63,641 nt of DNA, filler included, from Octopus bimaculoides (GCF_001194135.2; 4 parts of 4 records of this genome joined end to end with filler, not necessarily neighbours in it); one strand, 5' to 3'. Counted from the whole stretch's first letter, positions 13,055 through 25,700 are shown. A program made the numbers and translations. The notes: generated by a model from the sequence alone, not told the origin.

Positions 13055-13779
13055 GAGAGATAGATAGATGTAGATGTATTAGGTATAAATAGATATATAT
13101 ACACGTATATGTATATGTGTGTATGTGTGAGTGTATATATATATATATGCATATGTACGTTTGCATTCAACATTTAAACCACGCTTTACTTCATACTTTT
13201 CCGTTTCTAAATCTCAAGTCTCAATAAACCGTTCTGCATTATTCTGCATAAGGTTTTGTTTGGACATCTCTCATAAGATATTCTACTCTCGTGTTACAAA
13301 AATATTGAACAAAGTTTATGAATTATCGATATAAGTGAGAAAAGCAATTACTAAAACATTACTCTATTTTTAATTTCCTGTAAATGTTTCCTCATATTAA
13401 TTATATAAACATTTTGTACTTACAGTATAACGAAAGAATTTCACCATAAGTAGAGCACATTGTTCTTTTCAGACAATCCCATGAGTCAATTGACCATTTC
13501 ATTATTTACGTTGCAGACATTTTCAAAACATTTTTTCCGTCACATCCGTGTTGAAATTGTAAGGAAAGAAACAAAACAACAAAAGAAGTAAATATGTCAA
13601 ATTCAATATAATAACAATTACAAAAGATTCATTATAAAGTGAACACAATGATGGCAATAACAATATAATCAAAGACCAAAACATATATTCATACAAATTC
13701 TTAATATATTTTCCCAGATATTTTAGCAGACGATAGTGTCATGGAATTGTGAATTCTTGTAGTGCGAGCGGTGAAACTC

Positions 13780-14720
13780 TCCTATTTAGCCCAAAAGTGC
13801 TCCTCAAAGCTCAACTCTCAAACATCTTCCCTTCTTCGGTTCTTGGAAGAGAAAGGCTGGTCCTGAAAACTGTTTTGATCTCCAAGAACCGCATAGAAGC
13901 TATTAACAAATTAGCAGCACCCGTTGTAAATACAATTTCAATGTCCTCAAATGTCCTGACCTGGAAACAGTGGACGTAAAAGTTCGAAAGGACCATCCAA
14001 CGACTTATAGAGAGTGCCTCTACTTACCAATCAAGGTAGATTGAACATGGCCGATCAAACTAGATACGGCAACAATAGCTCTGCAGAAGGACTTAAGCAA
14101 CAGTAATCGTTGAATGAAGATAGTAGCGAGAGAACATAAATCCCTGAAGAAACATCATTCTGTAAACAAAGAAGCTGGGAAATATAGGGCAAAGTTACAT
14201 GTCGTAGAAATAGAAAACGCCAACGAAGATTACCTAATACCAATAAAAGCAGCCAATATGTTCAAGATTACTGCAAAAGCAGAATGATTTAGAACCTTGA
14301 AAGAGAGATTGCAGAAGCCTCTCCATGGTCAGTACCCACTGCGCCCCCAGGAAAATGTAGTCAGCCAATCAAAATCCCATAAGTGGTCGATAAAATCAGG
14401 GTTAAAGGCAGAAACAGAGGTATTCATTCTTATCAGCGACGAAACAATCGACCATATACTATCTGGATGTCAAAACCTAACTCCAAACGAGTATAAATCT
14501 ACATATGGCAGTGTATGCCAATAACTGCACTTAATTTAGTGCAAACGCTTGGGTTTGAACATGCGAAAAACCGGTAGGAACAGCAACCTAAACCTATATT
14601 TGAAAGTAACAGTATTACCATTTACAGACTATTCTGTTCGCAAAATTAGGTTAACCACCCATATATTCTTGTTAAACACAACAAAATCAAGACCTGCCTG
14701 TCTATAAACATATCGATACT
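13780..14720 (+). mobile_element. Degenerate R4/Dong-like LINE (RT C-terminus, CCHC finger, start of RLE)
   Basis: KNRIEAINKLAAPV; LHGQYP...SGLKAETEVFI...DETIDHILSGCQNLTPNEYK; multiple frameshifts and stops. Confidence 0.75.
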
Positions 14721-15348
14721 GTTTGACAAACATATACTTCCCATTAATAAAGGAGAAATAACAACAACAAACACAGCAACAACAACGATAATAATAAATG
14801 CCCTGACGCAGTACAAAGCACTGGTTTTCATGGTTTCTGATCTTAACTGATCGAAGTGTCCTCATGTACATTGTTTTGTCTTCGTATAAAAGATACGCTA
14901 CACCAAATATTGCACTGAGTACCACAGATTTGCTTGTCAATTGTTTGGAAATAAACAATTGAACATGTCCCTTGGTGGCTGAGGATATGTGCATCTCTGA
15001 TCAGGAGCAGAAATATAGGGGAAGCACCATAACCGTATGTTAAGAGTTCTTTGGGGTTTGAAAAATTCACCTGTAGAAGAATTGATGTTTCGTTCATCAT
15101 TCTTAAGCAATCCTTATTGAAGGACCTTTTGGTCGAGAGGAGGTACTCGACATGAAGAAAAATGTAACTGGCCCAACTTGCAAGGTCAAGCGCTGTTTAT
15201 CTTAATATGAGAACATCATGTCGTGCACATATGATTGTGATGCATGTGCCTGAGTACTCTTATCAGACTTGTAGTCATAAAGTGTATATTATGTTTCGTA
15301 CATTTGTACCCCAGTGTCACTTTGATATCATGCACTGCTCTCTCTCTC

Positions 15349-15349
<1 letters not shown>

Positions 15350-15417
<68 letters not shown>

Positions 15418-15664
15418 CGATATAAACGTATCTGTCAAGACCTACCAAAAACTGAGCAAATATAAAGATCTTGAAATAGAAATTAGCAAAATGCCGAATC
15501 TGAAGACGGAAACAATACCTATTGTCATAGGTGCCCTGGGAATGACAGCGAAACGGGCTGATTACTACCTAGATCAGATTCCAGGAAACCCCAAAATGGC
15601 TGAAGTTCAAAAGATAGTGCTCATGGGAACTGCCCATATCCTACGTAAAATACTGTCTATGTGA
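15350..15664 (+). mobile_element. 5'-truncated R4/Dong-like LINE 3' end directly preceded by (AAT)n
   Basis: 15419-15664 reads DINVSVKTYQKLSKYKDLEIEISKMPNLKTETIPIVIGALGM...VQKIVLMGTAHILRKILSM*; (AAT)n at 15350-15417. Confidence 0.85.
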
Positions 15665-15699
15665 TCTCAAATTTTTAAGCAAACACATAATTTTCTTAT

Positions 15700-15799
15700 N
15701 NNNNNNNNNNNNNNNNNNNNNNNNNNNNNNNNNNNNNNNNNNNTTAATTAATTAANNNNNNNNNNNNNNNNNNNNNNNNNNNNNNNNNNNNNNNNNNNN
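15700..15799. other. Artificial scaffold linker (N44-TTAATTAATTAA-N44)
   Basis: Exactly 44 N, a palindromic 12-mer with stops in all six frames, then 44 N; an identical structure recurs twice more. Confidence 0.95.
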
Positions 15800-16499
15800 C
15801 AAGGTGGACGTGACGAAAACGGGCCTCAGTAGATGGAAATTGTCCAAGTGGGGTACAAACGTGCCGGTGGACTTTTGCACTCTGGCACTTCAAGCAAGAG
15901 CGTGCCCAGGTGGTAATTGACCGCCGCATGTTGGGCCAAAAAAACCGAGCTGTAATAAGTTTGACTGTCGCAGAGATGCCCGGGTGTGACAAGGAATGAA
16001 GGGCATCAAAAACAGAACGTTGATGGTTCTCAGGCACTAAGGGCCTGAGAGAATCGGTGGAAGTGTCACACAAAATAGAGCCTCCAGAGGAAGGGAGCGG
16101 AAGATAGGCAAACTTACAAGTATGGTACTTTGGTGAAGTTAAGTCTAAACTTGACAAAGGATGTTGCTCCTGCGAAATTGCTAGCAAATCAATTACCGCG
16201 GGAGTGGAAATAGAATGCACAGGGAGTCGCGAAAGAGCATCAGCTGAGAAGTTCTCTTTCCCTGGCACATGACGAATGTCACCTGTAAACTGTGAAATAA
16301 AGTCCAGGTTACGAAAAGCACGAGGAGATAGTTTGTCCGTTTTAGAGGACAGAGCAAAAGTGAGGGGCTTGTGATCAGTATAAATCACAAACTCCCGTCG
16401 CTTGAGCTGTAGTTGGCAAGAAAAGAAAGCCAAAGGTTGTATGTTTCTATCTACGGTGTGGTGTAAGACAGCACCAAACGCAGAATCTGATGCGTCCAC
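15800..16499 (-). mobile_element. Gypsy/Ty3 LTR-retrotransposon pol fragment (RNase H and integrase zinc-binding region)
   Basis: DASDSAFGAVL, PLAFFS, FVIYTDHKPL, HVPGKENFSADALSR, HSLSHPGISAT...FFWPNM...ARSCLKCQ. Confidence 0.92.
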
Positions 16500-17589
16500 A
16501 GATAATGATTATTTTGAATTACGGAAAAATATGGGTAAGTTCTATTTTTACTTTGCTAAATGATTTTCTACTATTTGAAAATATGTATTCTTGTTTTTTA
16601 TATTATTCATTTGGTTTTTTTAAAGATTATTTTTAATAGATAACTTATTTAACACTAAATTATTTAGAAGTTAGAGTATCATTTCAACATAATATATGAC
16701 TTCGATTTGAATAGTGTTGATATATTTTCGATTATTTTTGATTAATAATATTTGATTAATAATTAGTCATTATTGTTTATAATATCGTTAAAGTTTTTTT
16801 TTTTATTAAAACTTAGTATATATAAAGTTTAATCTTTTATTCTTAATAATTTTTTTCATTCTTAATTTTTTCATTCATATTTTTATTTTTATTTCTACGT
16901 TTGTAGAAATAAGTATTATTGTATTTTTCTATTATTCAATTGATTTTAATGATAATTAAATAAACGTTTTTAGTTTTAAATAATCTAGCTTTAACTATTA
17001 CACCGGTTAAATATGTACTAATATTATCTTTATTATTATTTTAACCTTAAACTTCGTTCAAATTGTATTTAAAACGATAATAATTTATGTAAGCTGGTTT
17101 TTGTATATAATATACATGTTAGCATATATTATAATGGATGTAGGGATGATTATGGAATGTTTATTATTTTGATATTTTTAATATTTTTTCTATCTTTATA
17201 AAATAAGTATTTCATATAAATTCATTTGGTACTTATTGTTGGTTGATATATATATATTTATTTATTATAATTATTGTTCTATTTAAGACCTGNNNNNNNN
17301 NNNNNNNNNNNNNNNNNNNNNNNNNNNNNNNNNNNNNNNNNNNNNNNNNNNNNNNNNNNNNNNNNNNNNNNNNNNNNNNNNNNNNNNNNNNNNNNNNNNN
17401 NNNNNNNNNNNNNNNNNNNNNNNNNNNNNNNNNNNNNNNNNNNNNNNNNNNNNNNNNNNNNNNNNNNNNNNNNNNNNNNNNNNNNNNNNNNNNNNNNNNN
17501 NNNNNNNNNNNNNNNNNNNNNNNNNNNNNNNNNNNNNNNNNNNNNNNNNNNNNNNNNNNNNNNNNNNNNNNNNNNNNNNNNNNNNNNNN

Positions 17590-17637
<48 letters not shown>

Positions 17638-17639
17638 AA

Positions 17640-17950
17640 TTGTGGAGGCACATGGCCTAGTAGTTAGAGCAGTGGACTCGTGATCAAGAGATTGTGGTTT
17701 CAAATCTCAAACTGGGTTATGTGTGTGTTTATGAGTGAAACACCTAAGCTCCATGCAGATCTGGCAGAAAGTAATGATGAACTTCTGCTGACTCTTTTGC
17801 CACAGCTTTCTCTCACTCTTTCCTCCTGCATCTAGCAGTTCACCTGCGACAGACTGGAGTCCCATCCAGGTGGAGAACTTAAATGCCAATGAAACCAGGA
17901 AACTGGCCCTTATGAGCCAGGCATGGCTCGAGAAGGAACAAACAACATAT
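17640..17950 (+). mobile_element. tRNA-derived SINE
   Basis: Head GGCACATGGCCTAGTAGTTAGAG (A box) and GGTTTCAAATCTC (B box-like); body shared with the copy at 48830-48910. Confidence 0.65.
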
Positions 17951-17954
17951 CATC

Positions 17955-18980
17955 ATTATCATTTAATGTCCGCTTTCCATGCTAGCATAGGTTGGACGAT
18001 TTGACTGGGAACTGGCGAACCAGATGGCTACACCAGACTCCAATCTGATCTGGCAGAGTTTCTACAGCTGGATGCCCTTTCCTAACGCCAACCACTCCAA
18101 GAGTGTAGTGGGTGCATTTTACGTGCCACCGGCACGAGGGCCAGTCTGGCGGTACTGGCAACGGCCATGCTCAAATGGTGATTTTTTTATGTGCCACCTG
18201 CACAGGAGTCAGTCCAATGTTTTGTTCACATGCTACTGGCACAAGTGCCAGTAAGGCAAAGCTGGAAACGATTGCGCTCAAATGGCACGGAAGTGAGACC
18301 ACTGCTCTGGCAGTGATCCCACTCGGATGATGCTGCTAGTGCTCCACTGGCATGGGCGCCAGTCATCAAATTAGGTTCAGTTTTGATCTCACTTGCCCCA
18401 ACAGGTCTTTGCAAGCTGAGTTTAGTGTCCAATGAAGGAAGGTTGGCATGGGTGCCAGTCAACGAATTTGGTTCAATTTTTTATTTCGATTTCACTTCCC
18501 TCAACAGGTCTTCGCAAGCAGGGTTTTGTGTCCAAAGAAGGAAAGGTATGCATAAGTGGGCTGGCTACACCCCTCGTAAAGGCCATGGGTTATGGTCTCA
18601 CATGTCTTGCTGGGTCTTCTCACGCACAGCATATTTCCAAAGGTCTCGGTCACAAGTCATTGTCTCGGTGAGGTCTAATGTTCGAAGGTCGTGCTTCACC
18701 ACCTCATCTCAGGTCTTCCTGGGTCTGCCTCTTCCACAGGTTCCCTCAACCACTAGGGTGTGGCACTTTTTCACACAGCTATCCTCATTCATTCTTGCCA
18801 CATACCAGCGCAGTCGTCTCTTTTGCACACCACATCTGATACTTCTTAGATCCAAGTTTTCTCTCAAAGTACTTACACTCTGTCGAGTATGCACAGTGAT
18901 ATTACACATCCAGCGGAGCATACTGGCTTCATTCCTTGCAAGTTTATGCATGTCCTCAGCAGTCACGGCCCATGCTTAGT
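17955..18980 (-). mobile_element. RTE-clade LINE 3' portion with 3' UTR
   Basis: MTAEDMHKLARNEASMLRWMCNI...IRCGVQKRRLRWY...EGTCGRGRPRKTW; the same family recurs at 38k, 47.8k and 24.5k. Confidence 0.85.
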
Positions 18981-20159
18981 CACATGTATATATTAAAATG
19001 TTTTGCTTAGGCATAGCAATGTTAAAACTCAATATACATATTCTTCAGAGTATGTTGGGTAGAGAGCATAATTATGGAAGGTAAGCTCCAAAGAAGCTAT
19101 TTGGTGATACACAATCACTTACCTCTGAGTGCACTGCCCTCTTATAGCAAAAACAGCTGTAAGCTGTTCATTGCCTGATTTCCTGTTCCTTTATCATATA
19201 TTCAATTTCACCCCCCACCCCCCACACACACGCACACACACACATGCACACACATACACACACACACAAGTGTGTGCGTGTGTCTTTGAGTTTGTCACCC
19301 CCACTGCTTGACAATCAGTGTTGGTTTGTTTACATTTCTGTAACTTAATGATTTAGTCAAAGAGACCAATATAATAAGTACCAGGTTTAAAAAGAAGTAC
19401 TAGGGTCAATATGTTTGATTAAACAGTTCAGGGTGATGCCACAGCATGGCCACAGTCAAATGACTGAAACACGTAAAAGAAAACATAAAAGAAAAAAAAA
19501 CCTAAACTAAAATTTCAAAATAGAAAATGTATTTGAAAAAAACAGACATAATCATTTTTTTAAAGTTTTATTCTTATTAATATCCTAGTTAATTCTTTTG
19601 TTTATTTTTAATAAGATATATTTTTCAGAATCAAAAAGCACATTGGATTAGGAAAATTTCTTATCATATTAAGTGATTTCTTCAATAAACACAAGTTTTG
19701 GCCTTACGGAAAAAAAAAAAAAAAAAAAAATCAGTTTTGAAGGCAATCAAGTTATCCTTAATAATGTAAATGACATTGTATATTTCAAATATTCTAATTA
19801 TCACATTGAATGATAGAGTGAAAACAGCTGGCTTAGTCTTGTTGCTTTACATAAGTTCAACAGTTGATATCTTATTTCTGTGCTGTGCTGTGTTTCTTCT
19901 CAAAACACTTAACCCTTTGCAGTTCATTCTCAGTAATAATGAGGTACTGTTCACGTAAGTAAGTAACTGATGTACCATATAATTAACAAATGTTTTGTTA
20001 ATTATATGGTACATCAGCTGGCTCAGATCCTTGTAAAGGCTGTGGAGAAGGACAAGAGGAATATTATTCGGTATCAGGAACACCTACAATGTTGTTCCAA
20101 AATCATAATCATTTATGGGGTTGGAGTAATAACTAATCTTGAAAATAATTTATTTTTAG

Positions 20160-20728
20160 GTTTAATAGAACACTGTCTTGGTCTTGGAACATATATAGAG
20201 ACTGCAATCACAACACGGACATCACATCTTATGGTCTTAGAAAAACGTCATGAAGACTTATTTCTGAAGAAAACCAACAATGGGTTACAAAGCAATGAAC
20301 ATTTTCAGAATGCTGCCTACTTTAGGTTATTACTGTATGCTCACCGCTGTCCAATAACTGATTCTAGTTCTATTTTTAAATATTTTCTGCTAAAATTACA
20401 AGATGAATCCATGTTACTTGACCTCCGTAAACAGAAAACTGTCACTCCTGTGAAGAAACAAACTTTACCTAATAATCAAACATCTAAACAACAAAAAGAA
20501 GATAAAAGTAGAATTGGTATTTCTAATATTCAACTATCAAGGATGAAAAGACCTGTATCAGAAGCTTTTGAAAAGCAACTACAGAGACGGAATACAGAGA
20601 AGCTTATTCTTTCACATGTACAACAATTATTTCTGAAGTGGAAAATGTATACTAAAAGTAACAACAGAGTTTTGAAACCAAGACAAGATGAACAAAGAAA
20701 TGAAGTGAAGGTTAAACTGAAATGGTGA
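20160..20728 (+). CDS. Candidate terminal exon of an unidentified gene (inside the 252-aa open frame 19970-20728)
   Basis: Long non-repetitive open frame in AT-rich DNA, a TTATTTTTAG acceptor ending at 20159, and AATAAA motifs downstream (~20970, ~21158). No domain recognised. Confidence 0.45.
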
Positions 20729-21563
20729 TTATTAAAAGTATTCACATATAACAACACATCTTAATGCATTTCCTCTTATATTGTTGAAACTCTATTTTAC
20801 CTATAGGTAAGTTTCATTCCATATTGTGTCACCACCATACCAAAAAAAAAAACAAAACAAAACAAAAAAAAACATTAAGTTAAAGAAAAAGACATGTTTA
20901 TATAACTTTAAAACTATAATTTCAGAAGTACGAACAAATTCTTTGGTTTTACTGAAAATAATTTTATTAAAATAAAGAGGTAAACGCAAATGACTTAAAT
21001 GACACACAAGCTAAAAATGAGTATACACCTAATGAAGTGCTAAATAAGTCTTTTTGAGTTTCCGCCCAATTAATGTATTCTTCATTCAATCTTAGATTAA
21101 ACATTAAGAAAAATTTTTTTTTTGATTTTATGAATTTAAAATGGAAACATCAATTTAAGAATAAAGATTTTATATTTATACATATGTTTCCAATAACTAG
21201 CGTAGTTTGTGTGAGCAAAGAACTGATATAGTTTTCCTAAGGTATTTAGGAGTATTTCATTGCATTAGTTTCTAGTAAAATATTAGTGTAAATGGTCAAA
21301 AAGTGATATGATTTCTTGCATATTGAAATTATATATGAATGGCCAGCTGTCAAGATGCTGTTACAAAACATATAATAACATCATCAGCTCCTCAAATTAT
21401 AGTGATTATTTTGACTAATCATAAGGACCCTTCTACATTACACTTGAGGGGGCTTCCACCATAGTATATTGCTGGTACTTATTTCATATATTTCAGGGAT
21501 GGACAGAATTTGAAAACTGAGTCACAAAATTAGATAACTCTATTTCATGATCTATCCTATTTC

Positions 21564-22426
21564 AAATCAACAGTGTGTAATTTTAAACAAACATTGAATA
21601 ATATTTTTAAATTACTTGAATGAGTTTTCTATTCTTTTAAATTAATTTCCATTTTGACAGGATTTCATTTTATTAGTTTTGAAGCTTAACAAGAGCTTTT
21701 ATTCATTTAGATTTTATTTTTCAGTTTCTAGAAGTTATCACCTTTTACTCATATTTTTAGTTTCTTACTTCTTAGCTTTTTTCCAAAGCACCTTCTTCAA
21801 TAAATTTTAGCAACTATTTCCTGGTTATTTATGTCATTAATAGATCTACCTTCATCACTTGCCACCAATTTCATTGACATCTTCCTGTCTTACTGTAAAA
21901 ACAATTATATTTACTAACAGTTTCATAACTGACAGTTACTAATGAATTTTCATTAAAATCTATTTCATTATCATTGATAATTATTTGCTTACAGTTTAAC
22001 TTATTAACACTCTTTACTAACAGCAGTCAGTTTAAGGATGGCAGACATACCATTAGTAACTGTCAGTTATGAAAGTGTTAGCAAATATAATTGTATTTAC
22101 AGTAAGGCAGGAAGATGTCAATGAAATTGGTGGCAAGTGATGAAGGTAGATCTATTAATGACATAAATAACCAGGAAATAGTTGCTAAAATTTATCGAAG
22201 AACATGCTTTGGAAATAGATAAGAAGAAACTAGAGGTAAGAGTAAAAAGTGATAACTTATAGAAACTGAAAAATAAAATCTATATGAATAAAAGCTATTG
22301 TTAGGCTTCAAAACTAATAAAATGAAATCCTGTCTAAATGGAAATTAATTTAAAAGGACAGAAAACTCATTCAAGTAATTTTGAAATAATATTCAATGTT
22401 TGTTTAAAATTATACAATGTTGATTT
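21564..22426. repeat. Long inverted repeat: ~380-bp arms (21564-21944 and 22051-22426) with a ~105-bp spacer
   Basis: The arms are reverse complements over their whole length, e.g. GATCTACCTTCATCACTTGCCACCAATTTCATTGACATCTTCCTG versus CAGGAAGATGTCAATGAAATTGGTGGCAAGTGATGAAGGTAGATC. Confidence 0.9.
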
Positions 22427-22635
22427 CAGACAATGTTTTTTTTTTTGTAAGATAACCTAGGTATTTAACAATTATTTTGTAAGATAATCTAGGCATTTAA
22501 CTATTATTAACTTTATTTCATGTTCTATCCTATTTTAAGAAGTCAAGTAATATTTCAGATCCATTGAAACATGCAAATAAGACAAATATTTGCTACAGCT
22601 ATCAATGAAAAATAAGAATAATACAAATAACATTG

Positions 22636-22725
22636 TTAAACATCAGAATCAATAATCTCTGAGAGTTCATAAATATCTTCTTGAGTAGACTGGTTTGTAG
22701 CACTGGATGAAAAACGTCCAGATAC
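22636..22725 (-). CDS. Coiled-coil gene (CCDC162-like), terminal exon: VSGRFSSSATNQSTQEDIYELSEIIDSDV*
   Basis: Acceptor TTTTTCTCTTTCAG; phase 0 matches the upstream exon; TAA stop with AATAAA ~120 nt downstream. Confidence 0.7.
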   Translation of the reverse strand, partial: VSGRFSSSATNQSTQEDIYELSEIIDSDV

Positions 22726-23164
22726 CTGAAAGAGAAAAATAAACTGAAAAAAGTACTTATAAAGAAGGTAAACATTCATACAACAAAATAAACCTCTTTT
22801 TTTTATGTTAAAAAAATTGTATGCAGAAAATAAAATAAAATTGAGATTTAAAATATCAGTTTGGAATGCAGAAAGCAGATATATTTACTATATATTTTAT
22901 AGCTCTTAACAGCAGAAAACAATTTTATATACCAATCTATCTTTTGTTAAAGAACATCATGATTGAAACTATTTTCCGTTGATATATGTCAAGTTTAATG
23001 AAGCAATATGACTTGCAGAAAATATCAATTCTATTTTTTGGTAGATTCAGCAAAAGAATACATTTGATTAAAAATTCCTCAAGGTAGTGCTCCAGCATGG
23101 TCACAAGCTAATGACTGAAACAAATAATAGATAAAACACAGAAATTTATATGAGAACCTTATAC

Positions 23165-23505
23165 ATGCTAGGAGTAAAGTCCCCCCTTCGGTCATGAATG
23201 ACCATGGGATTGTACTTAGAAAGTTCCCCTCTGAGGCACAAGTCCGGGCAAGGTTGTGTATGGAAGACCAGCAGTTGCCCATGCATACCAGTCTCCCCTC
23301 TCCAAACCACCAATGTTATCCAAAAGAAAGGTAAAGGCTGATACAGCTTGGCACCAGTGATGTTGCAACTCACTGAGTGAACTGGAATAATGTGAAATAA
23401 AATATCTTGCTCAAGAGCACAATACATAGCCTGATCCAGGAATTGAACTCACTACCTCATGATTGTGATCCTGATGCTCTAACCTCTGAGCCATGCACCT
23501 TCACT
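23165..23505 (-). mobile_element. tRNA-derived CORE-type SINE
   Basis: Minus strand has a tRNA-like head (GGTGCATGGCTCAGAGGTTAGAG...GAGTTCAATTCC) followed by a TGTGCTCTTGAGCAAGA CORE-like block. Confidence 0.65.
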
Positions 23506-23552
23506 ATGCTAGGAGTACATATCACTAATTTACATTCTGTATTACTATACTA

Positions 23553-23870
23553 GAAGTGGCTGGTAAGAAATTTGCTTTTCAACCTCATCGTTCTGGATTC
23601 AGTCCCACTGTGTGGCATCTTGGGTGTCTTCTACTATAACCCTGGGCTGACCCAAAGCCTTGTGAGTAGATTTGATAGACGGAAACCAATAGAAACTTGT
23701 TGTATGCATATATGTAAGTATTTTGTGTGTGGTGTGTGTGTGTGTGTGTGTATGTGTTTGTTTGTGTGTTTGTGTTGTTCCTACCATCACTTGACAACAG
23801 CTGTCGGCTTGTTTACATCCTTGTAACTTAGCAGTTTAGCAAAAGAAACCGATAGAGTAAATATCAGACT
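23553..23870 (+). mobile_element. tRNA-derived SINE with an internal (GT)n
   Basis: GTGGCTGGTAAG...GATTCAGTCCCACTGTGTGGCATCTTGGG...CAAAGCCTTGTGAGT; same family as 47578. Confidence 0.7.
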
Positions 23871-23952
23871 AAAAAAAAGAAGAAAAAAAAAGGATAATAA
23901 GTACTGAAGATAAATAAATGAAAAAAAGTATTGCTAAAATAACTTTTCTTAC

Positions 23953-24086
23953 AGTCTTTGGTCTTTGTGTTAACTTCTTGTGATCACACACTTGATTGTC
24001 ATAAATATCAATTGAAAGATTACGCTTCTTCGCCCATGACGCGTCAACATTTCGCAAGTTAGCTGGTTTAGATAGCAATGTTCTGT
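23953..24086 (-). CDS. CCDC162-like exon: (Y)RTLLSKPANLRNVDASWAKKRNLSIDIYDNQVCDHKKLTQRPKT
   Basis: TTTTATTTTAG acceptor, GTAAGA donor, 134 nt, phase 1 to 0, in frame with both neighbours. Confidence 0.75.
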
Positions 24087-25084
24087 CTAAAATAAAAATT
24101 AAATATAACTGAACTTGAAATATGGTTAAAGAACAGATGAAAATAATAACACAATAAATGAAAATATTCTAAAACTATAAGATGAAAATGTCACCAAATC
24201 AATAAAACTTACAGGTGACTGATTTTGTGGTTTTGATTCTCATCTGTAACAAATGTTGGCATTTTGAAAGACACCCTCAATTTTATTGCCAATGCTTCAA
24301 TATATAAAATACAATCATACCAGAGCTAAGCTTTGATATTTAATGAAATGATGCTGTTATCTGAAGCAATGTATCAGTTTCACAAATATCAAGCGGCAAG
24401 CCATTCTATTCTTCATGCCAGTAATATTATTCCTGTCATTTATAAATACAGGATATGTCACTTTATGTTGTAGCAAGAACAGGTTGTGTTGTTGCATAAA
24501 AAGATCATTAAGTTTTGCTTATATATGTAGAGAGAAGACTGCGCTGGTTTGGTCATGTGATGTGGATGGATGCCGGCAGCTCCATAAAGAGACACTGATC
24601 TCTCAAAGTGGATGGAACACATGGAAATGGGGAGACCCAGGAAAACATGGATGAAGTACAGAAAAACAACCTTAGGAAGCTAAACCTTTCAGGTGAGATG
24701 ACAAAGGACCGAGATACCTGGCCCCTGGCCATACTCAAGAAGATCCACACCCCACATCAGAAGTGTTAAGACCGATTTGGGAATCAGGCTGACTCCGCGG
24801 GTAAATTAAAAACATTCCAGGCCAAATCTGGACCCGCAATCCTGAAATTTTCGATTCCCAAATATTCGTTACGGGCATACAAAAAAACAAAAACATTAAG
24901 GGGAGATAACTAATAAGGGAAGCGAAGGGAAGTAAGTCAACTTAACTGCCAAAATGAGTTTACAAAACACCAAAATTAGTTTAGTTTGGAATTGGAAATT
25001 GATCAAGATGTCACATAGAAGACCAGCGGCACTGCAGTTTATTGTACCTGAGTGGAAATCCTCAATCACGAAACAATGTTAGAA

Positions 25085-25700
25085 GAATCGTGGAATATTA
25101 CAAAATTTGCAGAATCATGCAACAACATTCTTCAATGGTTGGCACAGTGCTGTTTAATTATGGACAGGTACACCTGTGAATATTGCAATTCATCTTGTGG
25201 CTCTATCACATGTGGTGGACGGAAAAGTTTGGTACTGCAAGCTTTGTAAACACAAAAATCAATCCGTCACAGATCATACTTTGACAAAAGCCATGTGCCC
25301 CTGATAACATCCTTTTAATCATTTGTTGTTGGTCATGTGATATGTTGCAAAATGATATGATGCATGAATCTTCCATACAAAGTAGAACTATGATCATAGA
25401 TTGGAGTAATTTCTGTCGAGCAATATGTGATGCTTGGCTTAAACAAAATTCAATGCAAATCGGCAGCATTGATGCTAATGGGCAACCAGTTGTTGTGGTG
25501 ATAGTTCAAAAGACTTCAGTTTCCAGTGTGAGTGAGCTATGCACTGTCAATCAATAGGTCCCAAGTACAATCACAGAAAGTAACTGGGGTTCATCTCATG
25601 GCTAGCTCTAGGTTGGTTGTTCAAGGGTTGGGAGTGGAAACAAGTTATTGGTTCTGACACCAAACGGGAAGGCCAAACATGTTTATTATGCAGATTTGCA
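25085..25700 (+). mobile_element. Merlin/IS1595 (ISXO2-like) DNA transposase remnant
   Basis: Zn-finger-like TCEYC and WYCKLCKHKKSIRHRSYF, then DWSNFCRAICDAWLKQNSMQIGSIDANGQPVVVVI, matching the DW.NF.R.VC...IGG....VEIDE region, and KYNHRK downstream; frameshifted. Confidence 0.7.
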
